The notes under the pieces are model-generated. The model was not told the DNA's origin. It saw nothing but the letters and a program-made list of their open reading frames with translations, and did no database searches. Of a stretch of DNA of 57,018 bases, positions 10,601 through 19,304 are shown piece after piece. Position 1 is the first letter of the stretch. The number at the start of each line of letters is the position of its first letter. Source of the stretch: a virus; IMG/VR virus record IMGVR_UViG_3300035703_000114; one strand, 5' to 3'. The translations under genes and the position numbers were made by a program.

Positions 10601-11505
10601 CCGTTATGGATGGGCGTGGCAGTACCAAACTGCACTTGCGACTGGGGCGAGTGCGCCATTGACGCCGAGTCGTCAACGTCCTGCTCGATGCTTGGGGCAG
10701 TAAATACAAAAGGGCGACCGGACGTACCTGAATCGCGTGCGCCTTGGGTGCCTCCGATCAAATTGCGGACACTGGCGGGGTTGTTATTGCCGGCTTGCGA
10801 AGACCAGAACAGCGCGTATTCGTTGAGGTTTAGGTTGTTAAGTGCAAAGGTGCCAAGGCGGACACCGGCAATTTTTGGCGTCGCTAGTCCGTACTGACCG
10901 GCAACATAAATGCCCTCAAATGCGCGGTAGGTTCCGTAGGAGTAGACGCGGCTCCAGACAAGTGCGGGCGTCAGTGTCAGACCGCCTGTATCTACGCCAT
11001 CGTCGCCAACATCGAGCTTGCCGAAAGGGATAGGAATGACTTGACCGTACTCGGCAAGAGACGCGATGTTGTCGAACGATGAGGTTTGATTGAAGCGGCT
11101 GGGACCAATCTGGTTGCGTAGTTCGCGCTGCTTGACGCGTTTATCGGAAACAGCCGGAGGCTTGGGTGCCAGCAACATGCTGGCGGCAGTTAAGGCAATA
11201 CCGATAGCAAGGTTGGTAAGAATAATTGTTGTTGCTGACTTTGCTGCAGTTTGTGCAGCTAAATATCCCGCAGCTACCAAAGGTGCTGCTGCATAAATTT
11301 CCGGGATATGCTCGTATTCGGCGGGGCGAACACCTACATATTGCGTCGCATAACGCACAAACTTTTTATACTCTTCCTCGCTGCATCCCAGCGCTTCGAT
11401 CAGCGCGACTTCATACGGTAGGAGCGGCGGATCGTAAGTTTGTCCGCCGGTTTCCAGTCCACTGCGGAGATCAAGGGGTTTATGAAGAGGATACCGTTCT
11501 GCCAT
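7630..11505 (-). CDS. Central tail fibre / host-specificity protein (lambda J-like, 1291 aa)
   Basis: Very large ORF immediately after the L-like and K-like tail genes, in the lambda H-M-L-K-I-J position. The N-terminus has a hydrophobic segment (TIILTNLAIGIALTAASMLLAP) reminiscent of gpI-type proteins. Confidence 0.8.
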   Translation of the reverse strand: MAERYPLHKPLDLRSGLETGGQTYDPPLLPYEVALIEALGCSEEEYKKFVRYATQYVGVRPAEYEHIPEIYAAAPLVAAGYLAAQTAAKSATTIILTNLAIGIALTAASMLLAPKPPAVSDKRVKQRELRNQIGPSRFNQTSSFDNIASLAEYGQVIPIPFGKLDVGDDGVDTGGLTLTPALVWSRVYSYGTYRAFEGIYVAGQYGLATPKIAGVRLGTFALNNLNLNEYALFWSSQAGNNNPASVRNLIGGTQGARDSGTSGRPFVFTAPSIEQDVDDSASMAHSPQSQVQFGTATPIHNGTAYRYNWEIISAPSISFEGENGDETKKEIRARRRKIAGSLADQIPSDRESADALAGQPGVGRAYSRTMGLTHHRPVNSSLATEYNSKAVVNTQKGDVIKFTLYRQDWVELNSDFTYNGYKTETTVKDLKDSSKTWRENASDLLSVGTEWIIGATVWRVTKNEGIDNVVSRLVVDMECVEVLGDDRIGIAGERAVGKALAGYEGATFDQTIHCDINHWPLCRYYASSIRPVRREAQVIELGIRSQVWNRAEGLCNFSTIPTPAKLFRFDKKSVTVTTPRQTRYFNRASFFQIAVRPVPTGLITLEWDVIPQLLCVVGRSPVDLHNYIRIKASDTKYYEYKFIPKTGADIYHNYADASAWRLKADEERVLGWSLFETDYGFFSLQTNGIVVNISDLTNSPQLLTDKSDANNVPTVLPITYSPTAIAVSETRVNQGDNRAVVDAWLTHIFGAATDERYQGTTQSQRITVSKSGKPEHTLEFRVKATSVKNKDKDKDSIRRWTWQEISYTVLNYVGSWPIGTKADLQVNGLNSITNPFAQANGYTLVTLVFAVTQVQEKILRPKDADLSTAERSFEIGTGIADCSYFEELNKSNESGPEHEIVYVNEYVTNDATPEYTNMSVVSLSMKSSGQISSVDQMRLWVPEGIAVSRLLDNTIGASNNFADLVLYLLQNSEQGLGSTIPAELIDTASLTTTARFLNANKIFFDGVIEESENLRSFLYDAASLQLCNFTIKNGRFGMMPALPYDSNGKIAALPISVEQIFTAGNIIEGSLQLSYLDAAQRIDTTVQVQWRETLKNELPTPRSAVVSWTDASGDTSNQQNIDLSDFCTNRAQALLTAKFLLATRRRITHSVAFKTVPDGLSIEPGSYIRVLTTSTTYSAQNNGAITDAGTLVSISPIGDGDYTALIYDPASGQITEQSITISSGVVLDDNVHGCLFTLLTQQNNQAIYQVEQLTIEEDGLISISAIHVPVDENGASLVAADILTGTFEVQE

Positions 11506-11744
11506 GCAACCCCAAATGCCAGCGGACTGGCGGCCAACAACGTGATGTCACCATCGTAAGCCGGCCAGTCAACGCGATTGCAGAAGCGTTCCAGCTCTCG
11601 CAAGACTTGCCGTGGGGTCATGGCGTACCAGTCGGTATTGACCGCTGGTGGATTCATGCCCATTTCGCCTAAGGCGTCGAGGACAAGGTTGATGCAATCG
11701 TTCTCGCCGTAGGTGTAGGGGCGACCAATCAGGTGCTCACACAC
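11400..11744 (-). CDS. Tail assembly protein, NlpC/P60-like (gpK position), possibly degenerate
   Basis: N-terminal GRPYTYGENDCINLV resembles the NlpC/P60 catalytic Cys motif, but I see no clear downstream His. The 3' 106 nt overlap the annotated start of the J-like ORF. Confidence 0.55.
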   Translation of the reverse strand: MCEHLIGRPYTYGENDCINLVLDALGEMGMNPPAVNTDWYAMTPRQVLRELERFCNRVDWPAYDGDITLLAASPLAFGVAWQNGILFINPLISAVDWKPADKLTIRRSYRMKSR

Positions 11745-12192
11745 GTACAGAGCTTGTAAAGGGGATGTTGCCGATTGTGCGGCGCGTCAACCGGCGGGCT
11801 GGTACGTTTGCATCAACGGCATCCAGCACGCTGTTCAGCGAAACCTGGATGCTGGTTTCATCCCAGCCGCCGGCAGAGCAAACGCCCCAGTAGCTGTACA
11901 GAACGCGGGCGATGCTGGCTTCTGACCACAAAACTGTGGTCACTTTGCCGACCCACAAACCTTGGATTGCTTCGGCAGTCCAGTTCCGCGTGATGTCGGT
12001 GTTGCCGAATTGCAAGGTGGCGTCTAGGTTGTCGCCCTTTAGCGTTGCAACCGCACCGCCAAATCCGAAAGGTAGGTATAGATAGTTGCGATTGTTGTGC
12101 GTAATCTGTGCGTTGATGCGAAAGTTTTGGAAGCTGAAGCGGGTTTGATTGGTTGGACCGACCTCGAACAAATGGCCGTAATTAAATTCCAT
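11737..12192 (-). CDS. Minor tail protein (gpL/DUF1833/DUF2163-like position)
   Basis: 151-aa ORF directly after the tape measure (1-nt overlap). Motif YLYLPFGFGG...LQFGNTD is typical of this class, from memory. Confidence 0.6.
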   Translation of the reverse strand: MEFNYGHLFEVGPTNQTRFSFQNFRINAQITHNNRNYLYLPFGFGGAVATLKGDNLDATLQFGNTDITRNWTAEAIQGLWVGKVTTVLWSEASIARVLYSYWGVCSAGGWDETSIQVSLNSVLDAVDANVPARRLTRRTIGNIPFTSSVRV

Positions 12193-15100
12193 CAGATTCC
12201 GAGCCTCCCGCGAGCAGCGGCGCTATTGGTCAGGGTTCGCATGGCGCGGCGTTCGCCTTGGATGGCGCCTTGTTGGGCGGCTTGTGCCATGCCGGCGCGG
12301 AATTGATCAGCCGTAACGTACTCGACATTGTTAATGCGCTCCACGCTGTAGCGAACGTCGATGGGCTCCATCGTGGCCGTGCCGCCAGCAGCAGCCTCAG
12401 TAGTCGCGCCACCGCCAGCAGGACCACCGGCAGCACCTGGAGAGCGGCGGTAGCGACCCATTGCCCCATCAAGCTTGGCAGCAACGCCAAGCTTTCCATC
12501 GGCACCACGCTTGAGCGGCATGATCGCCTCAGGGCCAGCCTCGCCCATAAGGCCGTTCTGCATCTCCCCACCCTTGGCGTATTTGAAGAAGGTGGGGCGG
12601 GTGACGATGCCGCCCATGGCGAAGGGTTTGATGCTGTTTTGAGCGAAATTGGCTTGACCAGCAGAGAAGTAAGCACCTTTGGCCGCATATGCCCCTGGGA
12701 ATGCAGCACGCATGCCAAGGTTTACAGCAAAACGAAGGAGAGTTTGACCAATATCCTTGAGAATTCCGCTCGCGATTTCCTTAAGGGCATCGCCAAGAGT
12801 CTTGGTGCCTGCAATTAAAGCATCAATGCCCGCCATTAGCGAACCAACAATGCCATCTTCAAGTGTGCCGACAATATCTGAATATAAATTTTTTAAACGC
12901 TCTGCTTTTTCTTGCGCAAGACGATCGCGCTCTTTTTCTTCGGCGCTTCTCTTCGCTGCGTCTTCACCTTCTTTCTTCTTTTCGCCAGGAAGCTTTTGAA
13001 TTTTTTCAAGCTCTTGTCGATATTTTTGAATTTCAGTCGCAGCAGCCCCTTCGGCCTCAGCTCTGAGAATTGCTGCTTCAGCCGCTTTCACAGCAGGCTC
13101 AAGCGCCTTAACGCTTTCTTCGTATGATTTTTTGATTTCCAAAAGTTGCTGCGCAAGCTCGGGATTGACGCCCTGCTTGAGGAGCTTTGCGTATTCTTGG
13201 TCATACGCAATTCGTTCTTTAATTTTATCAACTGTTTCGACAATTGGAGCGGCGGCTTTTTCGGTTAGTTGATTGATTTCCCTTTGCAGCGTCAGGCTGG
13301 TTTGCTTGTATGCGGCTCCACGAGCCTGCTCTAACTGAGCACGCTCCTCGGCACTCTTGCTTGCATTCAATAAATCATTGTATTTTCTTTGAATTTCTGC
13401 GCGGCGAATTGCGAATTCAGTGAACGCTTTTGCGAAAGGCTCTTCCTGCCTCAGAAGATCAAGTCTGTTTTTCTCTTCGAAGTTAAGATCCTGCGCTGCT
13501 TTAAGCTGCCGCAGCATTTCTTGTCTTGCTTTTTCTGCTTCGCGGGCGGCTTTTTCAGCTTCTTTATCCGCTTTACCTTTTCCTGCTTCGCCGGCAAGAT
13601 CCGGAAATTGCGTCACAGCAGGACTACTCGGTTGACGACGCCCTAAAGCATCAATTCCAGCGCGATAGCGAGATTGCGCAACAACCATTTGGGCTTCATC
13701 TGCCGCAATTTGCTGAGCAAGAAACTCGCGCCTTGGTTTGAATGGCGTAGTTGCCATTTCTTGTTTTGCAGTCTTAATTTTGTCTGCAAGATATTGATAA
13801 GTATCACCTGCAGCTTGAACTTGATTTTTTAAGGTCGCATAATCGGCCGCTGAGCCTCCAATTTCCTGAATCCACGATTCCCCCCTGGTGGCAGTTGCGG
13901 CTTTTTTGACTCTATCTTGCGCTTCTTTTACTTTATTAAGCCAACTAATAACAACTTGAGCGCCAGTAATAGCAACCGTAATGATAATTGGGGCAACAAG
14001 CGACGCAGCAACCGCTTTGACAGTGGCGCCAAAAGCGATAATTCGAGTTTGAGCAGCCGCCGCCTGTGCATTTGTCGCGGTAAACCCAGATTGCAAAGCG
14101 GTAAACAACAGACCGATAGGCCCACGCATTACCTCAAGTGCGCGCAAAGCAAGTGTTACGCCAGCAAGCTTTGCCGCAAATTCAACAATTGCGCCAATTT
14201 GAGATGCATTATCGATAATAAACTTAAATGCTTCGCCGACTGCCTTCGCTGCCGAAACGACAGCAGGAGTGATGTCAGAAATAAAGCCAGCAAAAGCTTC
14301 CTGGAATTGCGCGCCAGCAGGCTGCAATACCTCACCGATGGCAATGCGCATTTCATTGAATGCAACCGTTAGACGAGCGCCTGAATCTTGGCTGGAATCT
14401 GCAATTTTTTCTGCAACGCCTGAGTACTCATCACCAAGCTGGACGATAAATTTCATTAATTCGTTCAAGCCGACTTGCCCCTGCTCAAGCGCTTTTTGCA
14501 GCTCAGGCAGCGTCATGTCGTTTGCCTTAGCAAACTTGGTCACTGCGCCAGGCAAGCGCTCGCCAAGTTGACCGCTCAATTCCTCAGCGCTTACCTTGCC
14601 CTTCGAAAACACCTGCACCATTGCGGTAATGGCGCTGTCAACATCTTGGGCTGAACCGCCAGTTGCCTTAATGGCCGAAGTGACATTATTAAATACCAGT
14701 TCTGCATCGCTGACCTGACCACCCGCACCCTTGACGGCGGCAGTCAACTTGGTCATGCCCTGAATCGCCACGTCTTGTGGCACATTCAGATTCCGCGTCG
14801 CAGCACCGGCTGCTGCCATTGCTTGGTTAAAGTCCGCCTGGCTGCCAGCCGCGTTTTGCAGGGCAATTTGCATTTTTTGCAATTGTGCTGCGTAATCGGT
14901 AAATCCAGCGAGCTGTTGCCTAAACATCCCAACTTGTGCACCCGCTGCGGCGCCAGCAAATGCACCGCCAACACCGCCAAAAACACCACCAAGTGCGCCA
15001 CCCAAGAAACCTTCAGGGCCGCCAAAAATGCCGCCACTGACTGCAGCACCCGCCGCCTGAGCGACCTGCATGCCGCTCATGCGGCGGCGGCCAAGGCTAC

Positions 15101-16916
15101 GGCTTAATTTTTCGGATCGAACATCAAGATCACCAAGCTCTTTAGTTAGTTTTCTGAATTCAGCGCTTGCTCCTGGCAGCGTTGACCTGTATTGGTTGAT
15201 TGCATCACGCAATCTTTGTGTGGATTCAATACTGCCAATATCGGCCTTACGCGCTTTATCAATTTCGGCGCGATATGACTGGATTTGCTGCTCTGCGCGT
15301 GCGCGTGCTTCTGCTGAAGCTCTAACGGCCTCAGCTTCGGTAATAGCAGCTCTTCTTGCCCTATCTGCTTGTTCTTCAGTGGCTTGTGGACCGTAACCCT
15401 GAGGTCGTCCAGGCAGTTCAATTTGCGCTTCGCCAACTTGAAATCCAGAAAAGAAACGTTGAATATTTCCAGTCGCCCGCCCAGCTCGGGCGCCTCCACT
15501 AATTTCCAGTCCGGTGCCAGGAGCCGTAGTTTGTCCAGCAGCAGGCAACGCCAAAGGAGTAGCAGCGACTCCTGCGCGCACACGCTGACCAAGCTCAGCC
15601 AATGCCTGCTCCTGTGCACGCACCATGCCGCGATTGAGGTAGTTCGCGGTAACGCGAGCCGTTGCTTCACTTGCTTGTGCAGTTGCAGCTTGCGCTGCCA
15701 TATCGCCGACATGGCGATAACTATTGCCTAGTTGACGAAGACGAGTTTCAAGATTTCTGGCTTGATTTGCATTTTCTGCATATGCCCGAGCGCCTTCAGT
15801 TGTTGTTATGTCAAGTTGGGACATCTCAGTCCGCAAAGCTGTTATTACTTCCTGCAAATTGCGAGCACTAGGCGCAACAGCTCCAGTCCTGATGCCCATT
15901 AGCAAAGACTGAGCGTATCCCTGCGTAACTGCAGTAAGCTCTCTTTGCGCCCCGGCCATCTGCATGGCTACAACTAAATAATCAGTAGTATTGCGCTTTG
16001 TGTTTGCCAGCCGCTCCGAAAGCTCAGATAACCCTTGGTTAAGTCCTGCCGTAGTGTTTGGCAGCTCGCCTAATCTTTTATCAAGAGCTTCTGGAGTTAT
16101 CGTCCTTAGAAAAATTGGATCTGCAAAAGCAGCCGCGGCAGTTCGCACACTTTCACGGTTAGTGCGAATAGATTCCTGGTAAGTAAGCTGACGCTGCTGA
16201 ATAAGCGCACGATTAAGACGCTCTTGCGCATCTGCGCGCTTTTCTTGATTATGTGTTAATTCGCGCTCTTTTTTGTTAAGTAAATCAATACTGTCAACTG
16301 TGCCTCGCTGCTCGCTGATCAGCTCTTTAAGACTGTCAAGCTGCCTACGCGCACCAGCAGAAGTAGAGGCAAGCGCCTGCCCGAGCACGCGTCCAAAAGC
16401 ACGACCAGTTTGCTGTGTTTGTCGCTCAGCTTCCTGCAACTTACCGGTCAGAGCAGCAATGTCGCGACTAAGCTCTTGAAATGTACCACCAGTAATTGTG
16501 GCCTCGCTTCGCAATCGAGATAAATCACTTATATATTCGCGCAAAGATTTTTGTGATTGACTGGTTCCAGATACAACAGAAAGAATGCCTTGGCGTAGGA
16601 TTTCAATCTCAGTGTCAGTTTTTCGCGAAGCCTGGCGAAAACGTTCAATATCACCGGCAAGCTCAGCCCAAGCCGCAGATCCGCGCTCAGTTTGCGACTG
16701 CAAGCCACGAAGAGCCTCAATCTGTCCCTTAATTAACTGTTCTGTATTTTTTCCTTCTTTTCCAAACGCAATAATACTTTCGCGTGCGCGTTCAATCGTT
16801 TCGGCGCTTGGCCCAATAGCTTTCTCAAGCTCACGAAATGAACTCTTCAGCTTGTCAAGGCCCTCAGCGCCTTGAATGCCAAGCTTGACCAGAATTTCGC
16901 TTACCTGCTTAGCCAT
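12192..16916 (-). CDS. Tail tape measure protein (1574 aa)
   Basis: Longest ORF. Ala/Gln/Glu/Lys/Arg-rich coiled-coil composition with a Gly/Ala hydrophobic core (GAAVSGGIFGGPEGFLGGALGGVFGGVGGAFAGAAAGAQVG). Follows the G/GT chaperone pair. Confidence 0.95.
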   Translation of the reverse strand: MAKQVSEILVKLGIQGAEGLDKLKSSFRELEKAIGPSAETIERARESIIAFGKEGKNTEQLIKGQIEALRGLQSQTERGSAAWAELAGDIERFRQASRKTDTEIEILRQGILSVVSGTSQSQKSLREYISDLSRLRSEATITGGTFQELSRDIAALTGKLQEAERQTQQTGRAFGRVLGQALASTSAGARRQLDSLKELISEQRGTVDSIDLLNKKERELTHNQEKRADAQERLNRALIQQRQLTYQESIRTNRESVRTAAAAFADPIFLRTITPEALDKRLGELPNTTAGLNQGLSELSERLANTKRNTTDYLVVAMQMAGAQRELTAVTQGYAQSLLMGIRTGAVAPSARNLQEVITALRTEMSQLDITTTEGARAYAENANQARNLETRLRQLGNSYRHVGDMAAQAATAQASEATARVTANYLNRGMVRAQEQALAELGQRVRAGVAATPLALPAAGQTTAPGTGLEISGGARAGRATGNIQRFFSGFQVGEAQIELPGRPQGYGPQATEEQADRARRAAITEAEAVRASAEARARAEQQIQSYRAEIDKARKADIGSIESTQRLRDAINQYRSTLPGASAEFRKLTKELGDLDVRSEKLSRSLGRRRMSGMQVAQAAGAAVSGGIFGGPEGFLGGALGGVFGGVGGAFAGAAAGAQVGMFRQQLAGFTDYAAQLQKMQIALQNAAGSQADFNQAMAAAGAATRNLNVPQDVAIQGMTKLTAAVKGAGGQVSDAELVFNNVTSAIKATGGSAQDVDSAITAMVQVFSKGKVSAEELSGQLGERLPGAVTKFAKANDMTLPELQKALEQGQVGLNELMKFIVQLGDEYSGVAEKIADSSQDSGARLTVAFNEMRIAIGEVLQPAGAQFQEAFAGFISDITPAVVSAAKAVGEAFKFIIDNASQIGAIVEFAAKLAGVTLALRALEVMRGPIGLLFTALQSGFTATNAQAAAAQTRIIAFGATVKAVAASLVAPIIITVAITGAQVVISWLNKVKEAQDRVKKAATATRGESWIQEIGGSAADYATLKNQVQAAGDTYQYLADKIKTAKQEMATTPFKPRREFLAQQIAADEAQMVVAQSRYRAGIDALGRRQPSSPAVTQFPDLAGEAGKGKADKEAEKAAREAEKARQEMLRQLKAAQDLNFEEKNRLDLLRQEEPFAKAFTEFAIRRAEIQRKYNDLLNASKSAEERAQLEQARGAAYKQTSLTLQREINQLTEKAAAPIVETVDKIKERIAYDQEYAKLLKQGVNPELAQQLLEIKKSYEESVKALEPAVKAAEAAILRAEAEGAAATEIQKYRQELEKIQKLPGEKKKEGEDAAKRSAEEKERDRLAQEKAERLKNLYSDIVGTLEDGIVGSLMAGIDALIAGTKTLGDALKEIASGILKDIGQTLLRFAVNLGMRAAFPGAYAAKGAYFSAGQANFAQNSIKPFAMGGIVTRPTFFKYAKGGEMQNGLMGEAGPEAIMPLKRGADGKLGVAAKLDGAMGRYRRSPGAAGGPAGGGATTEAAAGGTATMEPIDVRYSVERINNVEYVTADQFRAGMAQAAQQGAIQGERRAMRTLTNSAAARGRLGI

Positions 16917-17579
16917 CCTTGTCCTTGGCCAATTCGCTTAATGCTGCAGCCTCCATTGTTTGAAGACCCTCCAGCATCTCGCGGCGATTGTCCACATTGT
17001 AAAGGTCAAACATCCCGCCAGCACACAGCATCACCTCATATCGCAACCCGAGGTAGCCAGCCATGGTCGTGTTCCACTGCGTCTGCATCCGTAGGAACAT
17101 CATTACGATATCCCAGTTTTCATCCCACACCTCAAAGTTTGCCGCCTCGTCACGCGGCTGCTCCGGGAGAACAATGCCAAATGCAGCAGCATCCTCCCCG
17201 GTTTTATCTTCTACGCGTTTGCCGCCGCTAGCCCAATAGACGGCAGCCTCCTTTAGTTTCCCTGGCGCGCGCCCTCAAAGGTTTCGGTGTAAGCCTTCAG
17301 CACACCGCGAATCCAGTAAGGGTCATCCGAAAGATCGCGCATGGCTTCAATCGAAAACGGGACTTCCTTGCCATCCTCGTCTTGGATTCCTTCCCAGCCC
17401 ACCATGATCACCTTGAGCAGGTCTAGCTCGCCTTTCTCGCCAAGCTTCTGAAATTCCTTGCGACCAACGCGCTTGAACTTGGCATCAAAGGTCACCGTGT
17501 CAAAAGTGCCACCATCACTGGGCTCCTCGATGGTGACCGGCCAAGAAAAAACTTTAACTTTTTTACGGACAAATGCCAT
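16909..17579 (-). CDS. Tail assembly chaperone GT fusion made by programmed -1 frameshift
   Basis: The -1 frame is open from the slip site (17256..17262) to the stop at 16909. The T part contains EVWDENWDIVMMFLRMQTQW...GLRYEV...LQTMEAAAL (DUF1799-like, from memory). Confidence 0.75.
17253..17579 (-). CDS. Tail assembly chaperone G (108 aa)
   Basis: Acidic 108-aa ORF between the major tail protein and the tape measure. Ends ...FEGARQGN with the slip heptamer just before the stop. Confidence 0.85.
   Translation of the reverse strand: MAFVRKKVKVFSWPVTIEEPSDGGTFDTVTFDAKFKRVGRKEFQKLGEKGELDLLKVIMVGWEGIQDEDGKEVPFSIEAMRDLSDDPYWIRGVLKAYTETFEGARQGN
17256..17262 (-). other. -1 ribosomal frameshift heptamer G_GGA_AAC
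   Basis: Minus-strand sequence is gcg cgc cag gGG GAA AC taa. X_XXY_YYZ pattern in the zero frame of G, immediately 5' of its stop. The lambda analogue is GGGAAAG. Confidence 0.75.
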
Positions 17580-17614
17580 GCGTAATGAACGCGATACTCA
17601 AACAGCATACACCA

Positions 17615-17643
17615 ACGAAAAAGGGGCCGCATTAGCGACCCCC
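17615..17643 (-). terminator. Rho-independent terminator after the major tail gene
   Basis: Minus strand reads GGGGTCGC-taat-GCGGCCCC followed by TTTTTCGTT, 28 nt after the stop at 17671. Confidence 0.65.
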
Positions 17644-17670
17644 AAACCGTCTTCACCCGTCACACCTTAA

Positions 17671-18609
17671 TCAGGTGTAAACAAAGTTGAACTCATCGTT
17701 GCCAGCGGTCGAGGGAACGCAGGTGAACGGAATGGTCAGCATGTGGATGCCATCCTGATCGCTGTAGCTCACATCGCCGATATCGACTCGGGTAGAGGCA
17801 AAGTCGAAGATGTTGCCAGCGGTCTGACCGTGCTGGAACAGCAGGTTGCCCAAGGTGCCATCACTCAGAGCTGCAGTGAAGTAGTTTTTCTGAGCCATAG
17901 TCGGAGCTTCAATCACGACGCTACCGGTGCTAGCACGATCAGTCAGCAGCACCTGCTTGGTGCAGTTGATCAGGTCGCGATACACCAGCGTGTTGCCGAT
18001 ATCGAAAGTCACCGACTGAAGGCAACCGCTGTAAGACAGCAGTTCAAACCCAGTGGTGTTGCCCTGTTTTGCGATTACAGGCGTGGCCTGGTTCGCATAG
18101 GTCACGGAGGGGGCAGCGGTATCAGTTGGTGTGTTGTACACACCAGTGAAAGTGAAATCAATAGAAGGGATCTCACCCACAGCCATATTGAGGCTGAAAG
18201 TGCCGCGAGCACCGGTCACCTTGTGCAGCACACCATCAATGTTGTAATAGATGGTGCAGCTATCTGGCGGGAAAGTGTCATCTGGCGCATAAGTGACACT
18301 TGTGCCCATTGCAACCGTCTCTTTTAGGCCGCAAGCAAGCAAAGCTTTGCCATAGCGAGGAGCGGTGCCAGCAGTGCCAGAACCAGCAAGCTCAACGCTG
18401 AAAGTGCATTCAACGCGAGTATTTGCCAGCAATTGCTCAGATGCGCCCAGGTAAGGGCGAATCAAGTTGCGGCTTACAACATCACTCTGCAGAGGAGTGA
18501 TACTCAAATCCCGCACCAGAATGGCGTCGGCGCCGTCTGGAGTCGGATCCGTCCCGTACGTCGCCTCCATCTCCAGAAGAATCAGGCGCTTGCGAGTTAG
18601 AAGTGGCAT
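17671..18609 (-). CDS. Major tail protein (312 aa)
   Basis: Immediately upstream of the G/GT chaperones (lambda gpV position). Beta-rich composition. Followed by a terminator. Confidence 0.8.
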   Translation of the reverse strand: MPLLTRKRLILLEMEATYGTDPTPDGADAILVRDLSITPLQSDVVSRNLIRPYLGASEQLLANTRVECTFSVELAGSGTAGTAPRYGKALLACGLKETVAMGTSVTYAPDDTFPPDSCTIYYNIDGVLHKVTGARGTFSLNMAVGEIPSIDFTFTGVYNTPTDTAAPSVTYANQATPVIAKQGNTTGFELLSYSGCLQSVTFDIGNTLVYRDLINCTKQVLLTDRASTGSVVIEAPTMAQKNYFTAALSDGTLGNLLFQHGQTAGNIFDFASTRVDIGDVSYSDQDGIHMLTIPFTCVPSTAGNDEFNFVYT

Positions 18610-18722
18610 CGGAAATTACCTCTTGATGGTCGAATGGCAGCGTCCGTCTCACCAAGACGGCTGAGCCTGTCTCTGGATCAATGATGTACGAAGCCATGCT
18701 AGATCGGCAGACTTAACAGACT

Positions 18723-19175
18723 CTACGCCGCTAAGCTAGCAACGCTAGTCCGATATTGAACAATATAATCATTGAAAATTACGCCTGCAGGCTGATCGGC
18801 ATCAACAAGATTGAATGACACCTCATCAGGCTGCACGTCAATTGCGTAACCACCAAGCGTCAAATCCGCAACCATGTTGGCGTGCATGCTTTCAATCACG
18901 GGATCAGCAAGCTGATCGGGTACATCACCCCTAACGATCACACTGACCCTGACACGCATGCGCCAGTCCAGCGTTGGCAAACTGGTGTTCTGAGTTGGCG
19001 TATCACTGATCGGCTCTACCACGATTGCTGGTGACTCAGCGCGCTGCACAGCGGTTACTCGACTGCGATAAACGCGACCATTCACTCCCGCCGTGCCAGC
19101 CAAAGCGGTAGTGATCGCTGTCAAAATTTGCTCACGCTTGGTCGCCATTGAATCCTCGCTGTGGAAGCTTGCCAA
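18723..19175 (-). CDS. Tail terminator / tail completion protein (DUF3168-like)
   Basis: Position upstream of the major tail gene. Sequence MATKREQILTAITTALAGTAGVNGRVYRSR...AIVVEP is typical of this class. The true start is probably the ATG at 19148. Confidence 0.65.
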   Translation of the reverse strand: MASFHSEDSMATKREQILTAITTALAGTAGVNGRVYRSRVTAVQRAESPAIVVEPISDTPTQNTSLPTLDWRMRVRVSVIVRGDVPDQLADPVIESMHANMVADLTLGGYAIDVQPDEVSFNLVDADQPAGVIFNDYIVQYRTSVASLAA

Positions 19176-19302
19176 ACGGCCCTGGATCCGAGCCGCCGCT
19201 CACGATTGATTTCGCTCGATAATAAATGTAACAGTCTGTTTTGCCCGCCGCCTCCAAAGCCTGCATCACCTTGACCCAGTTTTTGAAGGTATCGCGATCC
19301 AT
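19132..19302 (-). CDS. Small hypothetical protein (56 aa, below the ORF-track cut-off)
   Basis: Manual translation gives MDRDTFKNWVKVMQALEAAGKTDCYIYYRAKSIV.... The ATG lies 2 nt after the stop of the upstream gene. The 3' end overlaps the next gene by 17 nt. Confidence 0.35.
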   Translation of the reverse strand: MDRDTFKNWVKVMQALEAAGKTDCYIYYRAKSIVSGGSDPGPFGKLPQRGFNGDQA

Positions 19303-19304
19303 CG

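Noticed and set aside
12230-16732. Many 60-190-aa ORFs on both strands within the tape-measure gene
   Set aside because: All are nested in the 1574-aa ORF and their products are low-complexity (Ser/Leu/Arg/Cys-rich). This is typical of alternative frames of a biased coiled-coil gene.
18482-18697. 71-aa ORF overlapping the start of the major tail gene
   Set aside because: Only the first 29 codons lie outside the major tail ORF. The rest is an Arg/Ser/Asp-rich out-of-frame read-through with no RBS.
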